A stretch of 64,000 nucleotides of DNA from Salinispira sp. (GCA_965602015.1 OZ271918.1:1248001-1312000); one strand, 5' to 3'. Shown: positions 40,013-50,930, counted from the stretch's first letter. The notes: generated by a model from the letters alone, not told the origin. Program-made: numbers and translations.

Positions 40013-40049
40013 GATACTTTCGTGCATTTGTGACATTGATTGAACTCAT
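40013..40049 (-). pseudogene. 5' fragment of a Phd/YefM-type antitoxin gene truncated by IS66
   Basis: GGAG RBS, then ATG MSSINVTNARKY running into the IS end; upstream paired CGTACG palindromes at 40057 and 40069. Confidence 0.65.
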
Positions 40050-40339
40050 AATGCTCCGTACGAAATAACGTACGCACATATTTGTCATCAATAGCTAATA
40101 GTCAACGATTAAAAAATCAGGCAAATTTTGATTACACGTAGCTCCAGCTCGACACCCGAATTAAATGACACAGATTTTCATTCAGGCAATGTAGCCGCGT
40201 GGGCTTGAAGGAATCTGTGTAACTCCGATTTGAGAGCTGAATGGTCTGGGTATTATGATAGTTTCGGCCTAGTTCTTACCTCTCTCAAAGCATAAAAGGC
40301 GGTCTTCATGGCACTTCGCGGCTCATGCTACAATAAATC

Positions 40340-41362
40340 ATGGTTCCAAGTGAAAAGCGAAGCATTGTAACCGGCAATAGGTTTCTCATTGTGTTGGTGC
40401 TGCTCAGCATTATCACGGGGTCCTGCGGAACAGCTCCGTCGGGCCCGCAGCGGCCTCCGTCTCCGCCCAAGGGATTCCCCAACGAATCGCTGCTCCGCGC
40501 CGCCTTTGCTCTGGGAATGATTGATCTGGTGGATACCGATCCGGAAATCCCCGGTAACATACACGCGTTCACGGATATCGAGTATGCGTCGGTAGACTCC
40601 AAAAGCTTAGAGCTCGATATTTACCGCCGTTTCGATGTGGAAGAGCCGGTCCCATTGCTAATCTTTATTCACGGCGGATCATGGAAATCGGGCCGACGCT
40701 CGGATTACCTGCCATATCTGCTGGACTATGCAGAGAAGGGCTATGTCACTGCGACCATCTCCTACCGCCTCATCGATGACGCGCTCTTTCCCGCCGCGGC
40801 CCGGGATGTGTATTGCGCCCTTCGTTGGCTCGTCGAACATGGCGGCGAGTACGGCGCTGATACCCGGCGCATCGCATTGGTGGGCGGATCCGCCGGTGCT
40901 CACCTGGCCATGCTCATCGGCTACGGAGGGCATGAGGAGTTTTTCCATGCCGACTGCAAAACGGGAAGCGCTGAAGAATACCTAATGGATTCGGTCAAGG
41001 CCATAATCAACTTCTACGGACCGGTTGATCTCACCACCCCGTACGCGGCTTCGACTTCTCAGGTGATGGATTTTATTGACGCCTCCTATGACCAGAATCC
41101 GGGTATTTTTAAAGCGGCGTCGCCCATCTACTACATAACAGCGGACGATCCGCCGACCCTGACTTTTCACGGAACAATTGACTCCTTGGTGCCTGTGAGT
41201 CAAGCCGATGAACTGGATAGGAGTCTCGCCAATGCCGGGGTCTTACACGAATACCACCGCCTGTCCGGTTGGCCGCATACCATGGACCTGGCGACGAAGG
41301 TCAACGAGTACGTTCAGTATTACATGGACCATTTTCTCCGCCGCTTCCTCGAAGCGAACTGA
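40340..41362 (+). CDS. Alpha/beta hydrolase (carboxylesterase), probable lipoprotein
   Basis: ITGSC lipobox-like; FIHGGSW; GGSAGAHL; FHGTIDSLVP; GWPH. Confidence 0.9.
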   Translation: MVPSEKRSIVTGNRFLIVLVLLSIITGSCGTAPSGPQRPPSPPKGFPNESLLRAAFALGMIDLVDTDPEIPGNIHAFTDIEYASVDSKSLELDIYRRFDVEEPVPLLIFIHGGSWKSGRRSDYLPYLLDYAEKGYVTATISYRLIDDALFPAAARDVYCALRWLVEHGGEYGADTRRIALVGGSAGAHLAMLIGYGGHEEFFHADCKTGSAEEYLMDSVKAIINFYGPVDLTTPYAASTSQVMDFIDASYDQNPGIFKAASPIYYITADDPPTLTFHGTIDSLVPVSQADELDRSLANAGVLHEYHRLSGWPHTMDLATKVNEYVQYYMDHFLRRFLEAN

Positions 41363-41599
41363 TGATCCAGAGGATCGCCTGGTCCTGTCATATTTTCCGG
41401 GAGAAGAGGCGACTCGTCCGAACTGTACGAAAGTGTTGGTGAAAAACCCCCAGCTCATTGTGTCCTTGTATCGCCAGATGAGCAAAACAAACATCTAATC
41501 AACCGTTACCATTTTTCCTTACAACTCTTGTACATACCCCTGATGTGGACCCTGCTGGTGGCAACCCGACGGGACAATCCCGCAGATTGCCGGCGGTAT

Positions 41600-42277
41600 C
41601 ATCATCCTAGGCGGTGGACATTATCTCCTCAGTCATTATGACAAGGAGGAGCTGCTCCTTGCAAATGTTCGCCGTGACGATCGTGTCGAAACACTGCGTG
41701 AAGCGCTTATTGTGTATTTTGCCGGGAGCGTGAACTATGCCCGGGAATAATCGACTATGCGGATTTGAGGCAGGTTCGCGTGGTTTTCCCGGTAGAACGA
41801 TGCCCAATCGCTGGCGGTGGCATGGGACGGCGAATACCGGTGGCGGTCCCGGTATATCAGGACGATTAGAGGAGAGCGCCTGAATATTTGCAGGGCCCGA
41901 GCAGACCTATCACATTTCCACGGGAACCAGCGCCATGGCCATGCGCCGCGAAGTGGATGAATAGCTCGGCCGGGAAACATCCGTGAACTTCAGAACAGCC
42001 TCGCCCGGATGTGCATCAACAGCGAACGGGAAATTATGGATGTCGATCTGGTTCGAAGCAAGCTCTCTGTCTCTATCCCGACAGGGATGGCGGCTGTGCA
42101 GATACCGCAGCCCGCGGTTCTTTGAACATCGCCGAAGCCGAGGCCGAGTTGTACCGCAGCTACATACAGGAGGCCGCCCGGCGTAGCGGCGTCTAAAAGG
42201 ATATGGCCCGGCTACTCGGGACGCCTAATTACCAGAATGTTCAGAAATGGATTAAGATATACGCTGTTAAGTTATAG
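41600..42277 (+). pseudogene. Remnant of an RtcR-like sigma-54-dependent activator with the AAA+ core deleted
   Basis: YHISTGTSAM near 41907, followed almost directly by PGNIRELQNSLAR near 41970; C-terminal HTH-like *KDMARLLGTPNYQNVQKWIK; frameshifts and stops; 5' boundary uncertain. Confidence 0.6.
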
Positions 42278-42289
42278 GAGCCGGGTATT

Positions 42290-43138
42290 ATGGGGAAAAC
42301 ATTTCTGAGGATTATGCTAGGTTTCGCAATGCTAGTCAGCATGCTGCTGATGGTCTCCTGCGATTCACAGCCGAAGATCACCCTCGAATCGACGATGAAT
42401 GACGCGTATACGATTTCTATTGTATACTTCCCTTCGATTCCCGAATCCAGGCTCGAGTACATTCCGCTTATTGAAGCCATAGAGAACGATGAACCCGCTG
42501 CAATCATCCTGAAATTTTTCTTCGACGAACCGAGGGCAGAAGATGCCAGCTTCGCTGAAGCGTTAGCGGCCTATGAGAACATCATCACCCAGAGTTCATT
42601 GCTGCTCGAGCAAATCGCTCCGTCTGATCCTGCAGTAATTCAGAGCTTCAGCATATATAGTGAATCTCCCCAACCGGATGAAATTAATATCGTTCTTCCC
42701 AATGATAAAATCAGCGGGTCCTTTGCGGCGCTGGGATTGACGGATTTTCCGGTGCAGGGTGAAGAACTTCAGGGCTTTGATCTCGTCACCAAATCTAACG
42801 GATACCTGTTCCCATCTATCGCCCTGGTTACCCTCTCATTTCTCACCGGCCAGGAGATTGAATACCAGCCGGACAGTATACGCGTCGGCGATATTGTGTT
42901 TCCCGATCCGGCCATGACGATGAACCTCCAAATCTCCGAATCGGGGTTTTTTCCCCGCTACGAGCTATCAGAGGTACTCGATAAGCCGAGCGACTCTGTC
43001 CTCTTTTCTGGGCATATCGTTCTCGTGTACGTTGACATTCCTGAGGTATGGCGATTTCGTGCAGGATATGGATCGGCACACAATAACGCTGAAATCGTCG
43101 CCGATTCAATTAACACCATCCTTTTGAAAGTCGAATAA
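42290..43138 (+). CDS. Hypothetical lipoprotein
   Basis: Signal peptide ending LMVSC; AGGAG RBS; acidic composition. Confidence 0.7.
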   Translation: MGKTFLRIMLGFAMLVSMLLMVSCDSQPKITLESTMNDAYTISIVYFPSIPESRLEYIPLIEAIENDEPAAIILKFFFDEPRAEDASFAEALAAYENIITQSSLLLEQIAPSDPAVIQSFSIYSESPQPDEINIVLPNDKISGSFAALGLTDFPVQGEELQGFDLVTKSNGYLFPSIALVTLSFLTGQEIEYQPDSIRVGDIVFPDPAMTMNLQISESGFFPRYELSEVLDKPSDSVLFSGHIVLVYVDIPEVWRFRAGYGSAHNNAEIVADSINTILLKVE

Positions 43139-43312
43139 CACAGGCTGTGATTTGGTTTTTACTAAGTCAGGACAATTAGTTGCAATCATGCTCGGCTGCG
43201 TTATTGGATATCTTACATTTTATGAGACCAAAGCTACGGCCCTTGATTCTGATGTAGATCAGTTGTAAAGTTAACGCAGATAACCTATCTTAAGGCGCCT
43301 GTATTTGAGGAT

Positions 43313-44614
43313 ATGCCTATGCGTTTGAAGGACCTTTTGTTTTTTGCCTTGTTGATTTCACTGATCGCTGCTTGCAATGCCGGAGCGCCTTTTACTGAGC
43401 TCCCGGATGTCGAACCGAAGATTATCAATGTCTCGTTTGTAAGTTCCGACGGCACGGCTTCCGTGTCTTCGCTGCACCCGCGCCAAATCGATGAGCAAAG
43501 TATTACCTACGATATTCAGTCTCTAAACGATGAACAGTACTTCAAGCCCATGCGTACCTCAGGGGCACGAGGCATTCTGCGCAAATCTATAACCCCTGTT
43601 TCATTCGTTCTATCTACCTCCAATATTTTTCTATACCGAGATCTGTATTCCGTAGGGGCATATGAAAAAATTCTGTACTCAATAGGCGATCAATCCACCG
43701 GGGAAGTATACCAGCATTTTGACCTCATTAACTCCAGGCAGGTCGTGCGAGATTTTGCCTTAGAGGAAAGTCAGTTCCAAGGCTTCGGATTGAAGCTCAG
43801 TCTTAATAGCGACATCGGGTCAGGTAGTGTCAACGACGGTCTTATGGTTATGAGCGAAGTTACGCTACGGCTGGGTGCAGAATACGCGGAATTTGATCTG
43901 GAAGGAGGAATCTACATCAGCGAACTGGATGCGCATGTATTTACCCTTAACTTCCTGCAACCCTATCTGACCGACAAGTTGGGCTACATTGCGATCGGCG
44001 GCGATATTCCCACAGACGGAATACAGAATCCCGAGGGAATCGAAGGGGTGTATCCGCTGCCCTGCAAAATAGAATCCAGGGATGACGGGATCATCGGGAG
44101 CAGCACATTGTTCCTTAACGGGCCGGCATATGATTTCAATCAGTTCACGAATCCTGAGATTGTGTTCAACTGGAACATGGCCGATTGCGTTCAAATTTAC
44201 GATAACGGCACTCCTGCAGATTATTCCGACGATATCGTCACCCTCGATGTGGGCAATCCCTTTCCCATCAGCATTGAACTACGGGAACTTCAATCACCGG
44301 GTGTAACCGATTCCGCAGCAGATACCACTACTCCCGCAGACGTCGCCCATGCGCACCTGGCCGGACAAAACTCGGTCAATACTTTGCAATGGATTAATCC
44401 CATCGACGCGGATTTCGAAAAAGTCATAATCGTCCGAAAGGCCGGCACTGCGCCATTGGACCATGAGGACGGAGATATCGTGTACGAAGGTTTTACCCCA
44501 GCATATTGGGACACAACGGGAGAATCAGGCGTTCATTATTACTACGCGATCTATGCATGCGATTTTTCGGGTAACATGTCTGGGGGGATAGTGGTCGATC
44601 AGATTCAGAATTAG
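43313..44614 (+). CDS. Hypothetical lipoprotein with C-terminal FN3-like domain
   Basis: LIAAC lipobox; C-terminal TLQWINP...HYYYAIYACDFSGNMS. Confidence 0.7.
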   Translation: MPMRLKDLLFFALLISLIAACNAGAPFTELPDVEPKIINVSFVSSDGTASVSSLHPRQIDEQSITYDIQSLNDEQYFKPMRTSGARGILRKSITPVSFVLSTSNIFLYRDLYSVGAYEKILYSIGDQSTGEVYQHFDLINSRQVVRDFALEESQFQGFGLKLSLNSDIGSGSVNDGLMVMSEVTLRLGAEYAEFDLEGGIYISELDAHVFTLNFLQPYLTDKLGYIAIGGDIPTDGIQNPEGIEGVYPLPCKIESRDDGIIGSSTLFLNGPAYDFNQFTNPEIVFNWNMADCVQIYDNGTPADYSDDIVTLDVGNPFPISIELRELQSPGVTDSAADTTTPADVAHAHLAGQNSVNTLQWINPIDADFEKVIIVRKAGTAPLDHEDGDIVYEGFTPAYWDTTGESGVHYYYAIYACDFSGNMSGGIVVDQIQN

Positions 44615-45609
44615 TCAATAGGCTCAGCAGGTGCCAAGCTGCAATAACTGTATCCCTGAACAGATCCGTCGGGAGCTTCGATATCAACGACCGTCAGATC
44701 GCCCCGGGGGTCTGTAAGGCTGGATATTCCGGTCACATAGAATAAACTGCTATTTTCCGCTTGGGCATCGCTCAGGTAACTTGCGCCGACCCCCCGTTTA
44801 TTCAGAACCATTTTTCCGGGTACGGTCCCATCGGCGTATAGCGAACTGTTTTCCCAGTAATCGACGCCGAAATACTCCGGCCTGAAATTCTGAGGGGCTT
44901 CCCAGAGGTAGAAAAACATTGCCCGGGCTTTTACCTGTACCTCTTCAGGAATCGCATCAACGATTTGCCCGTTTTTCAGCGACATCCATCTCCATGAAAT
45001 GGTCGTAAAGGCTCCGGTAGCATTTCGGGAGAAATTAAAGAATGGAAAAACATATCCTTCGTAGTTTTCCGACGGACGGGTAAACTCGACGTTTTCCGTA
45101 AAACACTCAGTACCTTCGATATTCAGAATGAAATCGCCATTGAGCGGCAGCCCCTGACTGGTGATACTGTTCATATCGAAATAATATTGGGGATAATGCC
45201 CGGGCATGATTTCGGGACCGTGGTAATGGGGATTCATAAGGACGTCAGGGCTGAGGGTCATGAGGCCGTCGAAGGGAAAACTCTGTACCTCGAATTGCCT
45301 GGTGAAAAACCCTCCCAGCATCCAGGAAAGATCCTCTTCATAATCATATATTGAGTCCCTGTTTATATCGGGGTTGAGAAATTTCTTGAAGGTGATATCA
45401 AAGCCCCTCATGTTTGTTTCGTGAGCCTTGGACCGACGGATTGGTGCCTGTCTCCAGGTGAAGCTGATCCTGCTTTCTCCGGCGGCAGGCGGGGGAAGTT
45501 CATCTTCATTATCTTCGTCGGGGGGAATGGCCGGGTTATTACACGCAGTCAGAAATAAAAGTCCGAGTACAAGTACTAGTGAGAAGATGCTCTAGTCCAA
45601 TCGTTTTAT
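44611..45609 (-). pseudogene. Lipoprotein pseudogene (start ATG>ATA and early TAG); downstream ORF 44611-45411 remains open
   Basis: AGGAGG, then ATA at 45609, TAG at codon 6, then in-frame SIFSLVLVLGLLFLTAC continuing into the 266-aa ORF. Confidence 0.7.
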
Positions 45610-45772
45610 GTAAGCCTCCTGAATAGTTAATAGGTATATACTTTATTGTCAGGAGTGTGAATATAAATGTCCAGCAGCTCAAATCCTGTATCTTCTGTGA
45701 ATTTTGTGTTACTCCGTCTGCCTCTCTGCAATGTCGCGTCTGCACGATATATACTCTATTATGTAGCGGCAG

Positions 45773-46327
45773 ATGGAAGGAGATCCTATGAAGGAAGTGT
45801 TTCAATTAATTGTGGAGTACAACCGTAAAACCAACCGTGAAATCGAGAGACTTGTTCTCTCCCTTCCCGAAGAAGAGGTGTTCAAAGAGCGAAAAACCTA
45901 TTTCAAGAGTTTATTCGCTCTGGTGATGCATCTGATTCACGCCAGCCGATATATGCTCTCACTTATTCGGAAACATTGGAATGACCAGCATCTTGCAGAT
46001 GAGCTGGCATCTTCAGATTTCACCGTTGACCCCGCATCCGTTGCGGAGGCCTTCACCCTGCTAAAACGGTATGATGAGCTGATGTATGAATTTATAAATT
46101 CCATTAACGAAACCCGCCTTAAAGAGCCAAAACAGTCGGTATTACTTATGCGGAAGGGAAACGCGGATATATCCATCTGGAATATTCTCATGCAGTACAT
46201 TGTTCATCAGACACACCATCGCGGGCAGATTTCCCAACTGCTTGATGAGCTGGGAGTTGATCATGATTACGGTAATGTGTGGCCCCTGTACTTGGAAGCT
46301 GCGGGCCATGATTTGGGTAGTGCCTAA
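45773..46327 (+). CDS. DinB family protein
   Basis: YNRKTN; FKSLFALVMH; HQTHHRGQISQLL. Confidence 0.88.
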   Translation: MEGDPMKEVFQLIVEYNRKTNREIERLVLSLPEEEVFKERKTYFKSLFALVMHLIHASRYMLSLIRKHWNDQHLADELASSDFTVDPASVAEAFTLLKRYDELMYEFINSINETRLKEPKQSVLLMRKGNADISIWNILMQYIVHQTHHRGQISQLLDELGVDHDYGNVWPLYLEAAGHDLGSA

Positions 46328-46412
46328 TCGACTGTTTTTCCTTGCGTAGCCCAAAGCTTTCAATTATTTGCATAGCGCTCCAGGACAATACCCGGGAACT
46401 GATTTAAAACTT

Positions 46413-46787
46413 TCAGTGATTACAGTGTCCGTGGTCATGGCCCGCGCAGACCCCCGCATCGTCGCTGAGGAGTACCTTGCCTTCTGCGAGAGCGGCACGG
46501 AACCGGTCCAGTGTTCCCGGCGATTTGACTACGAAGCTGCAGGTTATTCCTGCTGAGGCGAGTCGGCTCATGGCGCCTTTACCCATACCCAGGCTTATCA
46601 CCCGCTGTACGCCAAGGGCTGCAAGCTCTTCAACGGGAGCGCACGAGCCCCCCGCCTTTTTGCTCCGGTCCACAAAATTAAGTGTGTCCAGTTCGTCGTC
46701 AAAGACGGCAATAAACGGCGCCGATCCAAAATGCCCTGAGAGTTTGCTGTCCTCACTGTCTGTTTGTACTGGTACTGCTGTTGTCAT
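46413..46787 (-). CDS. NifB/NifX family (FeMo-cofactor-binding-like) protein
   Basis: SGHFGSAPF; GMGKGA; His/Cys-rich tail. Confidence 0.85.
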   Translation of the reverse strand: MTTAVPVQTDSEDSKLSGHFGSAPFIAVFDDELDTLNFVDRSKKAGGSCAPVEELAALGVQRVISLGMGKGAMSRLASAGITCSFVVKSPGTLDRFRAALAEGKVLLSDDAGVCAGHDHGHCNH

Positions 46788-46822
46788 ATCGACTTCTCCT
46801 GAATGCCGGTACGGCTTTGGTT

Positions 46823-47143
46823 TTACTCCTCCGATGGATCTTTACAACCATGGGAAGCCGCATCAGAGTCGGGGAGTATTTCAAGGGCCATCCCCTTGAT
46901 TATTGCCGTAGCCAGCTTTTTTCTGGCTGCTTTTATAATCAGGCCGAAAGACTGGCGGGATATGCCCATTTCCTGTGCAGCCTGATCGTGATACAGACCC
47001 TCATAATCCGCCAAACGGACCGCCTCAAATTCATCGAGGGCGAGAAACTGAATACCCAGTTCGCTCATTGGTATGCCTCGAGGTTTGAATATGGAGGTCG
47101 AGGGCTCCCCACAGATACGTCTGCAACCTTTTTTTCTTGGCAT
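46823..47143 (-). CDS. DUF134 family DNA-binding protein
   Basis: MPRKKGCRRI; FKPRGIP; EFEAVRLAD; AAQEMGISRQ. Confidence 0.9.
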   Translation of the reverse strand: MPRKKGCRRICGEPSTSIFKPRGIPMSELGIQFLALDEFEAVRLADYEGLYHDQAAQEMGISRQSFGLIIKAARKKLATAIIKGMALEILPDSDAASHGCKDPSEE

Positions 47144-47392
47144 ATGCTAATATTAAACACTAAGTCGCCCATTGTCTATAAACTATGCAACGTTCGATGA
47201 ATTTTGGATTAACCCCGCGGTAAAGGCCAACCTGCCGATAGTAGTCAAAACTCTTGTTATTTGTACCACCAGGAAAATTGACAATGCGCATTAACTCGTA
47301 TTAGTATTTGTGTGGGTTTGGGCGTCTACATTGTCATAAATTTAGTTGTACAAGGACAACCTTGTGCATGCGCCCATTCCGGGGGTGAGAAT

Positions 47393-47809
47393 ATGAGAAA
47401 TAGAGCTATTGCATTACTGTGTATGATTATGTGTGTAGGGCTTCTTCTTGCTGGTTGTACCAGTATCTCAGGCGGAGGAATAGCCAGGGGTGCACGCCCG
47501 GACCCACCAATGGAGGGTGTCTACACCACAACCGGTGGCTGGGGTGAAGTCCGCTTGTGGAAAACCGAAGCAGGTTTTCAGGGTTCCTATACAGACACAT
47601 GGCAGTCCGAAACCGGCGATCTCTACCTCTGGATCGAGGATGGGGTGTGGGTTGGTTCTTGGGAAGAACCGGTTATTGACCGTGGCGGTGATTTATACAG
47701 GATTACGATAAGCGATGACGGAACAACGGTTACCGGTCTGGCAAACGTTACGCGTATGGGTGGGCACAGCCAATTCAAAGACGTGGAATTTTCCTGGGTT
47801 AAGCAATAA
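47393..47809 (+). CDS. Hypothetical lipoprotein
   Basis: Start MRNRAIALL; LLAGC lipobox. Confidence 0.7.
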   Translation: MRNRAIALLCMIMCVGLLLAGCTSISGGGIARGARPDPPMEGVYTTTGGWGEVRLWKTEAGFQGSYTDTWQSETGDLYLWIEDGVWVGSWEEPVIDRGGDLYRITISDDGTTVTGLANVTRMGGHSQFKDVEFSWVKQ

Positions 47810-47874
47810 AACATCACTTGCATGGTCAAAAACGCGTGTGGGGGGCTGTTATTGTTGTCGTATTAATGTGACCC

Positions 47875-48255
47875 TCAGCCGGCTATATCCCGAGACCCCG
47901 CATCAAACTCCAGCTCTATGGCCAAGTCTTCGGGATCGCCGATGAACCGGGAGAGGGTAGCCCGCTCGTTTTCATTTAAATCGACCAGTTCCAGGCCCCA
48001 GTTGTTGTCTTCGCCGTCGGATTTCATCCAGACAGTCTGCCCGTGGATTTCCAGCATATCAGCGGACTGGGTGGGATGGCAGAGGAAGAGTTGAAAGGTG
48101 CCCGCAGCTGACGGCGGTACCGGTTCTTCCAGGTTCATATGGAGCCCGCTGAGGGAGATGTTTACCAGTTCCCCAATGCGCCGGGTGGTGCCGTCGCTGC
48201 GAAGCAGAATTGGCCAGTCCAACTTGTGCCGGGGATGACTTCTGCGATTGTCCAT
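47875..48255 (-). CDS. PilZ domain protein
   Basis: RRSHPR and NISLSG c-di-GMP-binding motifs. Confidence 0.88.
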   Translation of the reverse strand: MDNRRSHPRHKLDWPILLRSDGTTRRIGELVNISLSGLHMNLEEPVPPSAAGTFQLFLCHPTQSADMLEIHGQTVWMKSDGEDNNWGLELVDLNENERATLSRFIGDPEDLAIELEFDAGSRDIAG

Positions 48256-48312
48256 ACCATTATGCTAATCTACTGCCGCGGTAATGGCAAATGTGAACAG
48301 GTTGTTGGCAGC

Positions 48313-50517
48313 CTACAGCGTCACAAGGGCCTGAAGAATCGTGGACGGTCGCACCGGCAGACGTTTGAGCGCCCGGCTTTTGCTCTCGGTCACCAAACCC
48401 ATCGGTATACACATCTGGGAAAAAAACAGGCCAACAACCCGGAAGCTTAAATAGCCTAGGGGTGAATCAATTCGGTCTACTTCAGTCTGGGGTGACTGCT
48501 TGAGTATTTCCCGGTACTCGGGTACATAGCGGGCCAGGTGAGGAGCCAGGTCAGAAGCATAGACTTCAGAATTTTCTGATTCTTCACTCAGCTTCTTAAT
48601 GCCGTAAAGCATTAGAGGCGAGCTGAAGTGAATCCAGCCTTCGTTTTCGAAATCGAAGCGGGGATGATATTCCCAGGAATAGGAACTCATACAGGTAGTG
48701 AAGAGGTCACGGTACAACATTTTGAGGCTTTGAGGGTCAACATTTGCCTGAGCGAGGCGCAGACCCTTGGGTTCGGGAATGAGGATATCGGCGGCTGTGA
48801 GAATCTTTCGCATCAGGCTGAGCCAGTACCAATCGGCTTCCTTGGTAATTTGCAGCTCTATGCCTCGATATGTACTCTCGGGCATTTTATCGGCCAAGGC
48901 TTTGACAATCTGAGGCTTGATGTACCCCGCGGGGGTGCAGGGGATGAACCCGCCGTTTTCGGCCAGCCGGACGAGGGCGGTATATAACCTGATAACCGGC
49001 ACCTCAGCGAATACCGACTCCTCTAATTCGCCAAGGGCCGACAGTGATAGCATCCCCTCCGCTTCAAAAAGCGGTTCGGTGGTCAGCGAATGAACTGCCG
49101 CCGGCGGGAGGTCAAAGGGACCCGGTCCTTCATCCAGGCCCATGCCTTCCAGACTTCGTTCCATTAGGGCCATGGCCTGGTTGATATCGTCGGTTGTGGT
49201 TCCGGTCTTTTTTTGAATTTCCTGGTAATCCGCTTCTCTGCCGTTGTTTCGGGCGTCCAGGAGCTCTCCCACTACCGCATTGAGGGTGTCCAGGCTCATA
49301 TTAATTTCCGGCACATTGCCTTCATCATCTTCAAAGTCTGGTTCTTGTATCTGAGCGTCGAATTCCCGGGTGAGCATGTCCAGGCTGTCGAGTTCGGGAA
49401 AACGGCGGATAGTTTCCAGGTAAACCGTGAAATCGAGGGATCTCATTGGTTCGGTGGGGAGGGAAATATGTCCGTCGAGCGCCGAGACCAGCTCATCGTA
49501 ACTTTCCCGGGCAATGGTTTTTATAAAAAATCCCTTTTTATGCAGGTACATAGCGCTCATGTCCCCATTTCTGTGTGGGAGTTCTATATCTATGTAAGCT
49601 GCCGGTGCGAGGCGAGGGTTGTCGTCCAGATAGCGCAGCTCGGCCATATAACCTGACGCTTCCAGGATGCCGGCTATGGTTTCAGCGGCTCTTTCAATCT
49701 CCTCTACATCACCGAGGGCCTCGGCTGATTTTTCATAGGAAGCGAACATTCCAATGGTGAATCGGGGGTTGGCAATGCGAGGCATGCCCGATATTTCCAT
49801 CAGGCTCAACCACGGCAGGGGGTTTTCGGCGATGGTCTCGCTCAAGGAAGGCCGTTCTGGCAGCCCGCCATGGATGAAGATCGGTTTTTTGTGTCCAGAC
49901 GATGCGGCAGCACTAAAAAAATTCAGTTCGCCCTCTCCGCGAAAATGGGGCAGGGGAATCATTGGTCCGTAAGTCTGCCAGTGGTCGCCGGCATTCCAAA
50001 AGAGTGCAAGAATCCGGGTATACCCCTGGGCATGTACAGACCGTAATGCCGGGGAATAGAGTGTAAAATCCGGCCATGACGCCTCTTCGGAAAGAGCAGC
50101 CGGTTTGCCGCCAAGGGCGCTCAGGGAGAAAAATCCGCTTTCATCTTTTTGGCTGGTAATATCCGCCACCATATACAGCCACGGAGAACGTCGCCACATC
50201 CGGGCGAGGGCAAGGGCGTCCTCGCTCAGGTCATCTCCCCGGCTTCGAATAAATGCTCCGCACTGTTTGACCGAGCCGAACACGCGTCCACCGATCAGCA
50301 TGCCTTTAATGAGATCCTGATGATCCTCCTCCTGACCCGTTAGCGACGAGGCATCGAATTGCCGAAGTAAGTCCCTATCCAGACGCTTGCGTAGAGCGTA
50401 CTCAAAACCATGTGGTGTGATCCTATCAAGGAGTCGCGAGGCTGACCTCGCATCAAGATGCTTCATCTGTACTGTCCTCCTCATCGAGTATATCCGATAG
50501 TAGTGCAATGCGCACAT
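48313..50517 (-). CDS. Hypothetical protein (start possibly 50466)
   Basis: Long open frame; no motif recognised with confidence. Confidence 0.7.
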   Translation of the reverse strand: MCALHYYRIYSMRRTVQMKHLDARSASRLLDRITPHGFEYALRKRLDRDLLRQFDASSLTGQEEDHQDLIKGMLIGGRVFGSVKQCGAFIRSRGDDLSEDALALARMWRRSPWLYMVADITSQKDESGFFSLSALGGKPAALSEEASWPDFTLYSPALRSVHAQGYTRILALFWNAGDHWQTYGPMIPLPHFRGEGELNFFSAAASSGHKKPIFIHGGLPERPSLSETIAENPLPWLSLMEISGMPRIANPRFTIGMFASYEKSAEALGDVEEIERAAETIAGILEASGYMAELRYLDDNPRLAPAAYIDIELPHRNGDMSAMYLHKKGFFIKTIARESYDELVSALDGHISLPTEPMRSLDFTVYLETIRRFPELDSLDMLTREFDAQIQEPDFEDDEGNVPEINMSLDTLNAVVGELLDARNNGREADYQEIQKKTGTTTDDINQAMALMERSLEGMGLDEGPGPFDLPPAAVHSLTTEPLFEAEGMLSLSALGELEESVFAEVPVIRLYTALVRLAENGGFIPCTPAGYIKPQIVKALADKMPESTYRGIELQITKEADWYWLSLMRKILTAADILIPEPKGLRLAQANVDPQSLKMLYRDLFTTCMSSYSWEYHPRFDFENEGWIHFSSPLMLYGIKKLSEESENSEVYASDLAPHLARYVPEYREILKQSPQTEVDRIDSPLGYLSFRVVGLFFSQMCIPMGLVTESKSRALKRLPVRPSTILQALVTL

Positions 50518-50573
50518 AATACATCTTTGTGAAGCTTGACCATCTGAGCCGCCCGGCCTAAAATTCCCATGCT

Positions 50574-50930
50574 ATGGGTTTGCTATATCCCGAAAAGATC
50601 GATCCCGAGGAAGCCGAGAAGCTCATCTCAAGCATGGTCGACTGGATTAGGTCGGTTTGTGACCCCGTGTCCATCATTCTGTTCGGCTCTGCAGCCCGGG
50701 GTGAGATGACTGAAGCTTCTGACATTGACCTTTGCCTTATTTTTGCCGACGAGAACCTGCTCGCCTCGGGACGGGAAGCGGTGTACAATTCAATAAACGG
50801 CGAAAACAGCGTCTGGCCCAAGGATCTGCTGTTTTACACCATGGAATCCTTTGCTGCTCGCCAAAAAATCGGAGGGATAGCCGAGTTGATAGCTTCAGAA
50901 GGAAGAGCTTTGTACGGGAGCCTGCAATGA
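50574..50930 (+). CDS. Minimal nucleotidyltransferase (MNT) antitoxin
   Basis: ILFGSAARG...SDIDL. Confidence 0.88.
   Translation: MGLLYPEKIDPEEAEKLISSMVDWIRSVCDPVSIILFGSAARGEMTEASDIDLCLIFADENLLASGREAVYNSINGENSVWPKDLLFYTMESFAARQKIGGIAELIASEGRALYGSLQ

Noticed and set aside
46413..46787. Nitrogen fixation
   Set aside because: A NifB/NifX-like domain with DUF134 is a common stand-alone pair; no nif structural genes are present
47211..47225. Isolated CCGCGGTAAA resembling the element end
   Set aside because: Single short unit without the 10-bp periodic arms
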